Below, piece by piece: positions 8,180 through 17,120 of a DNA stretch of 40,913 nt. Below the pieces are notes generated by a model. That model did not search any database, was not told the DNA's origin, and was given only the letters and a program-made list of their open reading frames with translations. Numbering within the stretch: position 1 is the first letter of the stretch; every line of letters starts with the position of its first letter. This DNA comes from Methanobacteriota archaeon (GTDB taxonomy: Archaea > Altiarchaeota > Altiarchaeia > IMC4 > QMZM01): contig CAIYYO010000245.1 in the NCBI GenBank assembly GCA_903930485.1, forward strand, positions 1 to 40,913, read 5' to 3'. The translations under genes and the position numbers were made by a program.

Positions 8180-9217
8180 TCATCTCGTTCTTCTGTAGAT
8201 CACGTAGGCTACGATGAGGAGGAGGGCAGCCGGAACGATATAGATCAGATAACCAAGGATGTTATCTCCCTGTTTCCCGGTTACGGGCGCAGTGGTCGGA
8301 ACGCTTTCATTGCCTGCGGCCAGGCAGTCGGGGTCGTCTCCGGGCCGGCAGTCCGGGTCGCATATGCCGTCTTTCACCGCGTCGCAGTATCCGTCGTACG
8401 AGCCTGAGGGGCAGTCCTTTCGGCAGTTGAGATAGTTCTCGCCTTCTTCGCATAGGCCGTTCCCGCAGTCGGTTGAAATGGTTGGCGTGACGGGTCTGGT
8501 CGAGGTCGTCGGCCGGGTCGTCGTGTCCGTGGCCACGGATGAACAATCAGGGTCCTGTCCGGGCAAGCAGTCGGGGTCGCATATCCCGTCGGCCCGTTTG
8601 GTGCAGAACCCGTCCCTATTTTCGGGAGGACAGTCCACCGGGCAGTTTACATGGTTCTCGTAAGGCTTGTCGCAGTACCCGTTCGAGTCGCAGGCGCAGT
8701 TCGGGTCTAAATCTCTGCCGCAGTCCGGGTCGCACACGAAGTCGTCGAAGGGGACGCACCAGCCGTCCAGGGCCGCAGGCGGGCAGTCCTGCGGGCAGTT
8801 CACAAAATTCTCCTGCGAGACGTCGCATCTCTCGTCCCCGCATCCCGGCGGAGCCGGAACACTCCGGTTATCGCAGATCTTCCCTATCCGGCTCACCTGG
8901 GACATGTCCCCGTAGTAGTCGAGCAGGCTGCGGAGAGTGATGCCTTTGCCCGCCAGCTCGCCGGACGAGATATTGTCTCCGCATTTGTAACCTAGATGGC
9001 TTTTGGTCTTCCAGAAGACATCGCTCGACATATCGTATAAGTATCCGTCAACCATCACCCAGCAGCGGTTGTTCTGTATAGCATCCTGCAGGTCTGACGA
9101 GAGATAGCATCGCTCCTCCTTCAGGTCTAAGACGCTGGCGGCAGATACGCCCGACAGGATGAAATACGCGGCCGCGATCGATGCCATGAGCGATAAAAAT
9201 TTTTTTCCGGTGACCAT
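8180..9217 (-). CDS. Secreted, C-terminally membrane-anchored protein with three Cys-rich ~50-aa modules
   Basis: 345 aa. Signal peptide, then three modules of the form CG(D/N)x(x)C...EN(x)xNCxxDCP...DG(W/F/Y)C...(D)GICDPDC.PG.DPDC. A TDTTTRPTTSTRPVTPT linker follows, then a C-terminal TM helix and YRRTR. Confidence 0.8.
   Translation of the reverse strand: MVTGKKFLSLMASIAAAYFILSGVSAASVLDLKEERCYLSSDLQDAIQNNRCWVMVDGYLYDMSSDVFWKTKSHLGYKCGDNISSGELAGKGITLRSLLDYYGDMSQVSRIGKICDNRSVPAPPGCGDERCDVSQENFVNCPQDCPPAALDGWCVPFDDFVCDPDCGRDLDPNCACDSNGYCDKPYENHVNCPVDCPPENRDGFCTKRADGICDPDCLPGQDPDCSSVATDTTTRPTTSTRPVTPTISTDCGNGLCEEGENYLNCRKDCPSGSYDGYCDAVKDGICDPDCRPGDDPDCLAAGNESVPTTAPVTGKQGDNILGYLIYIVPAALLLIVAYVIYRRTR
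8324..8842 (-). repeat. Three in-frame Cys-rich coding repeats (residues ~126-174, 176-225, 251-298 of the 8180..9217 product)
   Basis: Repeat units CGDERCDVSQENFVNCPQDCPPAALDGWCVPFDDFVCDPDCGRDLDPNC / CDSNGYCDKPYENHVNCPVDCPPENRDGFCTKRADGICDPDCLPGQDPDC / CGNGLCEEGENYLNCRKDCPSGSYDGYCDAVKDGICDPDC RPGDDPDC. Confidence 0.8.
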
Positions 9218-9229
9218 CTTCCTGATTAA

Positions 9230-10090
9230 CTATTTCTCAGTATCGGGATAAAGCTTCCACAATTCCTTCCTCTTGGACTCCAGAAGATCATCCCCCCTTC
9301 CAAGGAATCCGGCAGCCGTCAAGACCCTGACGCCGCCCTTCTTTTCCGCTTCCGCGAAAACCTCGGCGATCTTTTCACGCCACCTCGGATCCCTCAGGAG
9401 GTGGTGGTCGACGACCAACGTCTTGATATCTGTTTCGTCGATGATCCTTTTGAGATTGTTAATGGCTTCTCTCACAGAGAAATACATCGGGCCGTCTATG
9501 AACGCAGTCTCCGGGTTTTCCTTGACGATGTAGTCCGTCTGCTCTTTGGTGCAGGGTCCCAGGACGTCCGACGAGTGGAGGAATCGCGATACGCCGTCGT
9601 CTACCACAACTTCGGTGACGTAGCCGAGCCGTCCGTCGAATCCGTGAGTCATGGGCGGCGAGAACCTTAACGACGTATCGCCGTAACGGAACTCCTTTCC
9701 ATCGGTGTATAAAACCTCCTTAGGCCTGCCGAGCAAAGAATCAAGGTTCTCCAGAAAGACCTTGGAGCGGCCGGTCTGGCTCTTGTTTATGTGATGCGTC
9801 GGGTCTTTGAGCATCGCTGTTTTGTCTTTGTATATCCCTCCCTCATCCGGGTCGTGGTGGTCGTAGTGGTAATGCGTAACGACCAGTATGTCACAGTTGG
9901 CGGCTTTCTTTTTTATCTCCGTCCAGTGCTCGCCCAGCCTCTCGACCTCTTTCGGGTGGGGCGGGAGTCCGAATCTCTTGGGCGCGAGGGCGACGGCCGG
10001 GTCGATGATCAATTTGACATCCTTTGTCTCGACATAGGTCGCCATAGACCTCGTTCCCATGGAATCGAATGCGAGGGGTATTATTTTCAT
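9230..10090 (-). CDS. MBL-fold metallo-hydrolase, archaeal UPF0282 family
   Basis: 286 aa. MKIIPLAFDSMGTRSMATYVETKD...IDPAVALAPKRFGLPPHPKE and the metal motif VVTHYHYDHHDP. Confidence 0.8.
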   Translation of the reverse strand: MKIIPLAFDSMGTRSMATYVETKDVKLIIDPAVALAPKRFGLPPHPKEVERLGEHWTEIKKKAANCDILVVTHYHYDHHDPDEGGIYKDKTAMLKDPTHHINKSQTGRSKVFLENLDSLLGRPKEVLYTDGKEFRYGDTSLRFSPPMTHGFDGRLGYVTEVVVDDGVSRFLHSSDVLGPCTKEQTDYIVKENPETAFIDGPMYFSVREAINNLKRIIDETDIKTLVVDHHLLRDPRWREKIAEVFAEAEKKGGVRVLTAAGFLGRGDDLLESKRKELWKLYPDTEK

Positions 10091-10194
10091 TACGGGTGTG
10101 CTGCTAATCCATTGTTTTTTATATCCTAAATCTTAATCTCTAAGACAATGGGTTTTCTCTGTTTTTTTAGCTCTTTCTTCTATTGACGGGATGA

Positions 10195-10202
10195 TTTATA
10201 TA
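10195..10202 (+). promoter_or_regulatory. Consensus archaeal TATA box upstream of the thermosome gene
   Basis: TTTATATA lies about 60 nt upstream of the ATG at 10264. An AGGTGG Shine-Dalgarno-like motif lies between them. Confidence 0.5.
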
Positions 10203-10263
10203 CACTCAAACCCATAGATAAATCCGTATCAATCTGTGTAAAAACAGGTGGAAAAACAAAAAA

Positions 10264-11901
10264 ATGGCACAAGGACAACAGATATTTATTTTGCCCGAAG
10301 GGGCGCTTAGGACGACAGGAAGAGACGCGCAGAGAAACAACATAGCGGCGGCCAAAGCCGTTGCTGAGACCGTGAGGACCACCCTTGGTCCGAGAGGGAT
10401 GGACAAGATGCTTGTCGACGATTTGGGAGACATCGTCATAACCAACGACGGAGCGACCATAGTCCAGGAGATGAACATCGAACACCCGGCAGCCAAGATG
10501 GTAGTCGAAGTCGCAAAGACGCAAGATGAAGAAGTAGGCGACGGAACAACTACGGCAGTCATATTGACCGGCGAGCTATTGTCGAACGCAGAGAAATTAC
10601 TCGAACAAGGCATACACCCGTCCATCATCGTAAGAGGATACAGGATGGCGGCCGAGAAAGCGGACGAGATACTACAGACGATAGGAAAAGACGTCGTGCT
10701 AAAAGACGAAAAACTCCTCCAGCAGATAGCCCAGACCGCGATGACCGGAAAAGGCTCTGAATCCTCGAAGGAGAAATTGTCGGACCTGGCTGTTCGCGCG
10801 ATAAAGCAGGTCTCAGAAACCGTAGACGGAAAGATCAAAATAGACCTCGACAACGTAAAGGTCGAAAAGAAGGAAGGCGGAAGCATCAGCGACTCGGAAC
10901 TCGTACAAGGACTGATAATAGACAAGGAAAGAGTCTCAGGCAACATGCCCAAGATGGTCAAGAACGCGAAGATAGCGCTAATCGACGCCGCAGTCGAAGT
11001 AAAAAGCACCGAGACCGAAGCAAAGATACAGATAACAGACCCCTCGCAATTGCAGGCATTCCTGACCCAGGAAGAGAACATGATAAAAGACATGGTCGAC
11101 AGGATAGTGAAAAGCGGCGCAACAGTCGTGTTCACGCAGAAGGGAATAGACGACCTGGCGCAGCACTACCTCGCAAAAGCCGGGATATTCGCGGCACGAA
11201 GGGTAAAGAAATCCGACATGGAGAAACTGGCCAAAGCGACGGGCGCAAGCATACAGACCAACCTGAAAGACCTGTCCAGCAAAGACCTCGGATTCGCAGG
11301 CGAAGTCGAAGAAGTCAAGATCGCTAAAAACGAGATGACGTTCGTGCGCGGATGCAAGAATCCCAAGGCGGTAAGCATACTGATAAGAGGCGGGACAGAG
11401 CACGTCGTAGACGAAGTCGAAAGAGCAATGACCGACGCACTAGGCGGTGTCGCAGCAGCGCTGGAAGTAGGCAAAGTAGTCGCAGGCGGAGGAGCAGCAG
11501 AGATTGAACTCGCACGCCAGATACGCAAATACTCAGGAAGCGTAGGCGGACGGGAACAGCTCGCAATAGACGCATTCGCCGACTCCATCGAGATAATCCC
11601 GAGGACTCTAGCCGAAAGCGCAGGAATGGACGCGATCGACACATTAGTGAAGCTGCGAAGCGACCACGACAAAGGAAAAGACGGAATGGGAGTGATGGTA
11701 CTCGAATGCACGACAGGCGACATGCTGAAAGCAGGCATCATCGAGCCCCTGAAGATAAAAACCCAAGCCGTAAAATCCGCAAGCGAAGCAGCCCAGCTGA
11801 TACTAAGGATAGACGACGTGATCGCCTCATCCAAGAAAGGAGGAGGAATGCCCCCGGGCGGAATGGGAGGAATGGGCGGCGGAATGGAGGATATGGATTA
11901 A
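10264..11901 (+). CDS. ths: Thermosome subunit (group II chaperonin)
   Basis: 545 aa. [39 protein letters not shown], and a GGM-rich tail [14 protein letters not shown]. Confidence 0.97.
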   Translation: MAQGQQIFILPEGALRTTGRDAQRNNIAAAKAVAETVRTTLGPRGMDKMLVDDLGDIVITNDGATIVQEMNIEHPAAKMVVEVAKTQDEEVGDGTTTAVILTGELLSNAEKLLEQGIHPSIIVRGYRMAAEKADEILQTIGKDVVLKDEKLLQQIAQTAMTGKGSESSKEKLSDLAVRAIKQVSETVDGKIKIDLDNVKVEKKEGGSISDSELVQGLIIDKERVSGNMPKMVKNAKIALIDAAVEVKSTETEAKIQITDPSQLQAFLTQEENMIKDMVDRIVKSGATVVFTQKGIDDLAQHYLAKAGIFAARRVKKSDMEKLAKATGASIQTNLKDLSSKDLGFAGEVEEVKIAKNEMTFVRGCKNPKAVSILIRGGTEHVVDEVERAMTDALGGVAAALEVGKVVAGGGAAEIELARQIRKYSGSVGGREQLAIDAFADSIEIIPRTLAESAGMDAIDTLVKLRSDHDKGKDGMGVMVLECTTGDMLKAGIIEPLKIKTQAVKSASEAAQLILRIDDVIASSKKGGGMPPGGMGGMGGGMEDMD

Positions 11902-11970
11902 ACCCGCTGGTTTAATCCTTTAGGACTGAGTCTGCTCTAATATCTTTTTCTATTTTTTTTATTTTTATTA
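11895..11970 (+). terminator. Hairpin plus poly-T tract after the thermosome gene
   Basis: A 10-bp perfect inverted repeat ggattaaacc-cgct-ggtttaatcc (11895..11918) overlaps the stop codon. T-runs follow (ctttttctattttttttattttt). Confidence 0.5.
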
Positions 11971-12065
11971 CAGTGTCGATTTTTTCTAGTAAACCATGCC
12001 TATGCCCCTTAATTCTTCACCGACCTTTCAGAGGTGGTTACAAGGCTCGGTAAGCTAAAATTAAA

Positions 12066-12455
12066 ATGGAACCTATTACAAACGAGGTGTTGACGACAAT
12101 CTTGATGCTAGGACTACTGGCTTTCTTAGTTGAGAAAAGATTTAGTGGAAGATGGACGATAGTCGCAAATAGCGTTATTGTATATCTCTCCATATTCCCT
12201 CTTATAGCTGTCATCCCGGATTACCTACAAGCTTGGACAATGGGCGGATTAATAGCTGGTGTGTTATGTGCTTTATCCTATCTAAGAAAGGAACAATTAT
12301 ATCCTCCTATATCTCGTCTTTTTTATTGGCTTTACAGTTCTAAAACGGTTCTAGGGGTCTATCTTGCATATACCATAGGTTACCCATATTTATCGCTTGC
12401 CTTTGCGATTGTAATATGGATTATTGCCTTAACGAAACTGAAACATGCTGTTTAA
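12066..12455 (+). CDS. Small polytopic membrane protein (hypothetical), inside the AT-rich island
   Basis: 129 aa with about four hydrophobic helices. Its codon usage and G+C are clearly lower than those of the flanking genes. No family recognised. Confidence 0.5.
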   Translation: MEPITNEVLTTILMLGLLAFLVEKRFSGRWTIVANSVIVYLSIFPLIAVIPDYLQAWTMGGLIAGVLCALSYLRKEQLYPPISRLFYWLYSSKTVLGVYLAYTIGYPYLSLAFAIVIWIIALTKLKHAV

Positions 12456-12465
12456 AAATAAATTA

Positions 12466-12497
12466 TTTTTTTCTTTTTCTTATCTATTTTTTTTAAA
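12466..12497 (+). terminator. Poly-T terminator tract
   Basis: tttttttctttttcttatctatttttttt lies immediately after the stop at 12455. Confidence 0.4.
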
Positions 12498-12625
12498 CGT
12501 CTGCGATTTTACGAAGTCATTGACTCGTGGGCCGCTGGATTTGGGTCGAGTTAGGAGCAGCCGAAAGAGACGTTTGAATCCTATCCCTCATTAATCTTAA
12601 TATTCTGCCTCCTCATAATCTACTG

Positions 12626-14041
12626 ATGCGATCTTCAATTTCAGAAAATAAGTTTTTGGATTCAATAAAACACTTAGGTACAACTTTGGGTAGAACACCA
12701 AAGTTTGAAGAGTGCTCCAAGATTCCTGGCTTTTATGCATATTACAGGAGATTCAAATCACTGAAAACGATTCTTGACAGAGCTGGATTGTTAAATGAAA
12801 TTAAGAGATGCATCTTTTGTGGTAACTCATTTTCTAGGAGAGATTTTTCTATTTGTCACTTTAATAGAGCAAAATTCTGTTCAGCAAAGTGTAGAAAGAA
12901 GGCCGAAATCGCTAGCGAAAACAAGAAAAAAAGAGACAAGGAATATTATCTAATGAATAGGGAAAAAATAATAAAGCGAGTAAGAGAATATGAACTCCGA
13001 AACAAAAAACCGTTGGAGAGTCGGATTTGTTTACTTTGTAAGACCAGGTTTCAGCCGAAAATTGCTTTTCAAATATTTTGCTCGGATAAATGCGCCAAAG
13101 AATACTCCCGTACTGTACGGCACCCTGAGATATCCAAAGCCAAAGCGAAAAAGGGATGGGAGAAACGTAAACTTGCTGAAAATGAAAGAAGAAAGATACT
13201 AGGGCTTCCTCTTATTGGTGAAGGGTATGCTGCGGAAACAGAAATGAAATTAGTCTTAGACACAATTTTTTACAATAAAGAAAAAATCGATAATGGTTAC
13301 TGGGTAGTAAGAGACGGAATTCTGATAACTAAAGCGGGCCGTTTAGGAGGTCGTCAATTAGATCGGTATTATCCAAAACTCAAGTTGGCTTTTGAATACC
13401 GAGGGGAACAACATTATAGTAGAAGGAGCTACTACTATCAGGGAGAGCCTCGTTTTATCAAAACACAACAATGGGACAAAGAAACAGAAGATATGTGTGA
13501 AAGGACAGGTGTTTGTTTGGTTATCCTAAGTTGGAAAGACCGATTATGGCGAGATAATATTCTAAAAAAAATTATTGAACGTGGGTTTGATGTTACTCTT
13601 GAAATGCTTGAACCAAGAGCAGTTAAATGGAAAAGACCAGAATCAAAAGAAGTAATAGGGTTATATCTCAACGGGACGCGTACTCACGACATTGCAAAAA
13701 AATATGGTGTTAGAGCATCTCTAATAAGAAAAATACTAAAAATGAGCGGCGTTAGGCTTCGCAGTAGAAGCGAGGATTCAAAACTAATGTGGAAGAAAGA
13801 GGGCTTCAGAGAGTTGTATTCAAAACGAACAATAGGAATTCCTTCTCCTAAGCGGCAAATCTATAAAGAGGAGGACATTAAAAAGATTATTTTCCTGTAT
13901 AACCAAGGTCATTCGACTCTTCAAATATCCAAAATAACTGGGTACACTCCTATGTCAGTTTTAACTGTTCTTCGATTGAATGGTGTTAAGATAAGAACGA
14001 GAAGCGAAGCTGCCAAGCTTAGATATTCAAAAAATCGATAA
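12626..14041 (+). CDS. Homing-endonuclease-like multidomain protein: HEAR repeat + 2 FCS-type zinc fingers + PD-(D/E)XK (Vsr/DUF559-like) nuclease core + 2 C-terminal HTH modules
   Basis: 471 aa.
- N-terminus: FLDSIKHLGTTLGRTPKFEE...YYRRFKSLKTILDRAGL, the homing-endonuclease-associated-repeat pattern.
- Zinc fingers: CIFCGNSF...FCSAKCRKK and CLLCKTRF...FCSDKCAKEY (FCS type).
- Nuclease core: ETEMKLVLD...QLDRYYPKLKLAFEYRGEQHY.
- C-terminal duplicated modules: HDIAKKYGVRASLIRKILKMSGVRLRSRSE and LQISKITGYTPMSVLTVLRLNGVKIRTRSEA. Confidence 0.65.
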   Translation: MRSSISENKFLDSIKHLGTTLGRTPKFEECSKIPGFYAYYRRFKSLKTILDRAGLLNEIKRCIFCGNSFSRRDFSICHFNRAKFCSAKCRKKAEIASENKKKRDKEYYLMNREKIIKRVREYELRNKKPLESRICLLCKTRFQPKIAFQIFCSDKCAKEYSRTVRHPEISKAKAKKGWEKRKLAENERRKILGLPLIGEGYAAETEMKLVLDTIFYNKEKIDNGYWVVRDGILITKAGRLGGRQLDRYYPKLKLAFEYRGEQHYSRRSYYYQGEPRFIKTQQWDKETEDMCERTGVCLVILSWKDRLWRDNILKKIIERGFDVTLEMLEPRAVKWKRPESKEVIGLYLNGTRTHDIAKKYGVRASLIRKILKMSGVRLRSRSEDSKLMWKKEGFRELYSKRTIGIPSPKRQIYKEEDIKKIIFLYNQGHSTLQISKITGYTPMSVLTVLRLNGVKIRTRSEAAKLRYSKNR

Positions 14042-14090
14042 GGGTAACTTTCCCCCATCAGATATTAATCCGTAGACGATTATCTTTTCC

Positions 14091-15776
14091 ATGTTCGGCC
14101 GCAAAGGCGTTTTCAGCCTTAAGGGTATCGATTACAAGTGGATCGCCCTATTCAACACCACCCTCGGGACCTTGATGGCGACTTTGAATGCGAGCATCGT
14201 CTTGATCTCTTTGCCTGATATCTTCCGGGGCATCGGCATCGATCCTCTTGCGCCTGAGGAGACGTCTTTCCTGCTTTGGACCTTGATGAGCTACATGGTC
14301 GTTACCGCTGTCCTGCTTCTGACCTTCGGCAGGCTGTCGGACATCTACGGCAGGGTCCGATTATATAACTTGGGGTTCGCGATCTTTACCTTTGGTTCGA
14401 TCCTTCTCTATTTCGTCCAGGGTTCCGGCGATTCGGCGGCGATCCAGATAATCCTTTTCCGCATCGTCCAGGGCATCGGCGGCGCCTTTCTGATGGCGAA
14501 TTCGGTTGCGATAATCACGGATGCTTTCGGCAGGGAGCAGAGGGGCTTCGCGCTTGGCATCAATCAGGTCGCGGCCTTGAGCGGCAGTTTTCTCGGCTTA
14601 CTGATCGGCGGCCTGCTTTCCCCGGTCGACTGGAAAGCGATATTCCTCGTCAGCGTTCCGTTCGGCATAATAGGGACCGTGTGGGCGTATCTCATGCTTA
14701 AGGAGTCGTCTGCGCCCAAGAAGAACCAGAGGATCGACCTGTTAGGCAATTTCCTTTTCGCAGGCGGGCTTATTGCAGTGCTAGCATCCATGACATACGG
14801 GCTGCTGCCATACAGATCCGAGCCGATGGGATGGAACAACCCCTGGGTGTTGGGAGGAATGGCCCTCGGATTAGCGTTCCTTGCCGCGTTCGTCCTGTAC
14901 GAGCCGCGCATAAAGGACCCTCTTTTCGACTTCGGGTTCTTTAGGAGCAGGTCTTTCGCAATGGGGAACCTGGCTAATTTCCTCTCCTCGATAGCGAGAG
15001 GCGGCCTGCAGTTCCTTGTCATCCTCTGGCTTCAGGGGATATGGTTGCCGCTGCACGGCTACTCGTTCGAGGTCACGCCGTTCTGGGCCGCGATCTACAT
15101 GCTGCCTTTGACGGCGGCGATCCTCTTGTTCGGCCCGGTGAGCGGATATATTTCCGACAGGATCGGCTCGCGCATGATCGCGACGACGGGACTGTTTTTA
15201 ACGGTTCTTGCATTCCTCGGGTTCTCGTTCCTTCCCGCGGATTTCCAGTATATCTGGTTCGCGGTACTGCTCTTCGTGATGGGCATGGGGATGGGCCTGT
15301 TCGGTTCCCCGAATACAGCGGACATAATGAACTCGGTCCCGCCGGAAGAAAGGGGCGCTGCATCGGGAATAATCGCGACCTTCATGAATACCGGGATGAC
15401 GTTGAGCATGGGATTGATCTTCGCGCTGGTGACAATAGGAATTAGCACCGCGCTCCCGGGACAGCTTTTTTCAGGCCTGACCGAAGCAGGCGTGCCCCAA
15501 GCCACTGCATCGATGGTTTCCCATCTCCCGCCAACCGGCGCCCTGTTCGCAAGCTTCCTCGGATATAATCCGCTGCAGACATTGATCCCCGCAGACGTCC
15601 TTAAAAGCCTTCCGGCAGCGACGACGGAACAAATACTAGGCAAGAAATTCTTCCCGACGCTGTTATCCGGACCGTTCATCGACGGCGCTAGGATAGCGTT
15701 CTACGTTTCCCTTGCTCTTTCGCTGATGGCGACCGTGGCATCGTATTACAGGGCGGATCCCAAGAGAAAGAAATAG
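14091..15776 (+). CDS. MFS transporter, 14-TMS DHA2/EmrB-like
   Basis: 561 aa and polytopic. Contains [16 protein letters not shown] (the MFS motif A region). Confidence 0.85.
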   Translation: MFGRKGVFSLKGIDYKWIALFNTTLGTLMATLNASIVLISLPDIFRGIGIDPLAPEETSFLLWTLMSYMVVTAVLLLTFGRLSDIYGRVRLYNLGFAIFTFGSILLYFVQGSGDSAAIQIILFRIVQGIGGAFLMANSVAIITDAFGREQRGFALGINQVAALSGSFLGLLIGGLLSPVDWKAIFLVSVPFGIIGTVWAYLMLKESSAPKKNQRIDLLGNFLFAGGLIAVLASMTYGLLPYRSEPMGWNNPWVLGGMALGLAFLAAFVLYEPRIKDPLFDFGFFRSRSFAMGNLANFLSSIARGGLQFLVILWLQGIWLPLHGYSFEVTPFWAAIYMLPLTAAILLFGPVSGYISDRIGSRMIATTGLFLTVLAFLGFSFLPADFQYIWFAVLLFVMGMGMGLFGSPNTADIMNSVPPEERGAASGIIATFMNTGMTLSMGLIFALVTIGISTALPGQLFSGLTEAGVPQATASMVSHLPPTGALFASFLGYNPLQTLIPADVLKSLPAATTEQILGKKFFPTLLSGPFIDGARIAFYVSLALSLMATVASYYRADPKRKK

Positions 15777-15779
15777 CTA

Positions 15780-17120
15780 TCAACCGCCGCTCGCCCACAA
15801 TCCTATCAGATTCAGCACCTGCCCTATCGTCGCATGTCCTTGGGCCCATTGCCCTATGATGGTGAGTACTTCTCCGACGGTTACTTGTCCGCATGGCGGG
15901 GTGTCGCCCGGGTTCGCGCAGGACGATGGCATGGTCGTTGTCGTAGTTCCGTAGGTCGTCGTAGTCGCGCCAGGCGTTGTCGTATCCGTTATCTCCACGG
16001 TGTAGTCTTCGACTTCCCCGAAGTAGATCGGGTCGCATGGGCCCTTGCTTAGCCAGTTGTCCGTGATCCTCATCCTGGTCTTTCCCGTGAGGGCGTTTGC
16101 TGGCACTGTCATCGTCTTCGTGAAAGTGTGCGTGCCGGAAAACTCGTAGGTTCCGAGGTCTATTGCTTCCCCGGCGTCGGTGTAATCGTGGTCCTGGTTG
16201 TAGTCTATCCAGGCTTTGACGTATTCTCCGGAGTAGTAGCTTACGTTCACCTGGACGGCGAGCACGTATTGTTGTCCTCTTGCGAGCGTCGTCAGTGTCT
16301 GGGCCGTGTAGTCCGAGTAATCGCTTCCGCCCGAAGCCGTCGAGCCTGTGTTCAAGGTTACGCGGCTGATGTATTCGCCGTAGTAGTCGCTGGAGCTTAT
16401 CATGCAATAAGGCGTGCACGATAGCTGGGTCACGTTGAATCCCGTGTAGCCTAAGGAGCCGTCTACGGATTTGTCGCTGGTGAATCTGATCGTCGTTGTC
16501 GAGTTCAGGGGCGCGTAGAATCCCGACCATTGGCCTGAGAGCTCCTGGTTTCCGAGCGTCAGCGTGTCGTAATAATCTTCAGTTTTTCCTTTAGAGTATG
16601 CCCCCATCTGCATGTTCCCGGGGCATGTGCACGTGATGGAGCAGTTCATGTTGCTCCCGTACTCGGTCTGGTTGAGGCTTATGCTTACGTTGTTCACTCC
16701 CTCGGCAAGTCCTGAGCATGACCAGGAGGGACAGGGTTTTGTCTGGGCGTTCGGGGTGTTGTCCACTGTGACGTAGACCATGTCCCGGCTTGAGATGTTG
16801 TTCGAGTCGGTGACTGTCAGCCTTAGCGTGTATTGCCCGTCCGGGACTTTCGAGGTGTTCCATGAGCCCAGTATGCTCTGGTTTATGTTCGACGTTCCTC
16901 CGCCGGTGAGCCCTATGCCTGTTGTGGTCCAGTTAGCCGGGTTCCGGCCTGGTCCGACCTCGAGCACGTACCTTGCGATGTTCGGGCTTATCGCCGTGCC
17001 GTTCACCCTGGTCGTACCGTTGATGAAGCCTTCCTGGTTGGTGACGCACCCGCAACTGAACAAGACGAGGACGGCAAGCATGACTGCCCCTGACTGTTCA
17101 TTTCTCTTCATAGGTGACAC
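15780..17120 (-). CDS. Secreted protein: subtilase-associated Ig-like N-domain + CUB-like domain + GEVED domain + Thr-rich linker + tandem dockerin-like C-terminal motif
   Basis: 446 aa.
- Signal/lipobox-like AVLVLFSCGC.
- ARYVLEVGPGRNPANWTT...VPDGQYTLRLTVTDSNN...VYVTVDN.
- CUB-like ...TTTIRFTSDKSVDGSLGYTGFNVTQL.
- ...YFGEVEDYTVEI (GEVED signature).
- TDTTTPGATTTTYGTTTTT linker.
- Tail VTVGEVLTIIGQWAQG / ATIGQVLNLIGLWASG.
The start overlaps the upstream S8 protease gene by 23 nt. Confidence 0.75.
   Translation of the reverse strand: MSPMKRNEQSGAVMLAVLVLFSCGCVTNQEGFINGTTRVNGTAISPNIARYVLEVGPGRNPANWTTTGIGLTGGGTSNINQSILGSWNTSKVPDGQYTLRLTVTDSNNISSRDMVYVTVDNTPNAQTKPCPSWSCSGLAEGVNNVSISLNQTEYGSNMNCSITCTCPGNMQMGAYSKGKTEDYYDTLTLGNQELSGQWSGFYAPLNSTTTIRFTSDKSVDGSLGYTGFNVTQLSCTPYCMISSSDYYGEYISRVTLNTGSTASGGSDYSDYTAQTLTTLARGQQYVLAVQVNVSYYSGEYVKAWIDYNQDHDYTDAGEAIDLGTYEFSGTHTFTKTMTVPANALTGKTRMRITDNWLSKGPCDPIYFGEVEDYTVEITDTTTPGATTTTYGTTTTTMPSSCANPGDTPPCGQVTVGEVLTIIGQWAQGHATIGQVLNLIGLWASGG

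Noticed and set aside
8900-9100. Cytochrome b5-like heme domain in the N-terminal part of the Cys-rich surface protein (CWVMVDGYLYDMS)
   Set aside because: Only the first strand motif resembles b5-like domains. The HPGG and second His heme ligands are absent, so no heme-binding call is made.
10206-11834. Long antisense ORFs (309, 222, 141 and 106 aa) across the thermosome gene
   Set aside because: The thermosome frame is certain. The antisense products are Ser/Thr/Ala-rich low-complexity sequence.
12529-12590. GC-rich patch in the AT-rich island with a tRNA T-arm-like string (cgtttgaatcc), a possible tRNA fragment or att site
   Set aside because: I could not fold it into acceptor, D, anticodon or T arms. 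The T-stem has no complementary 3' strand. The similarity to 11904..11918 is only 7-10 nt and could be chance.
15688-16530. 280-aa Arg-rich ORF in another frame of the GEVED-protein gene, plus + strand ORFs 17909..18957 opposite the S8 protease
   Set aside because: These are shadow frames. The annotated frames contain the GEVEDY, DTG/HGTH/GTSMA and other signatures.
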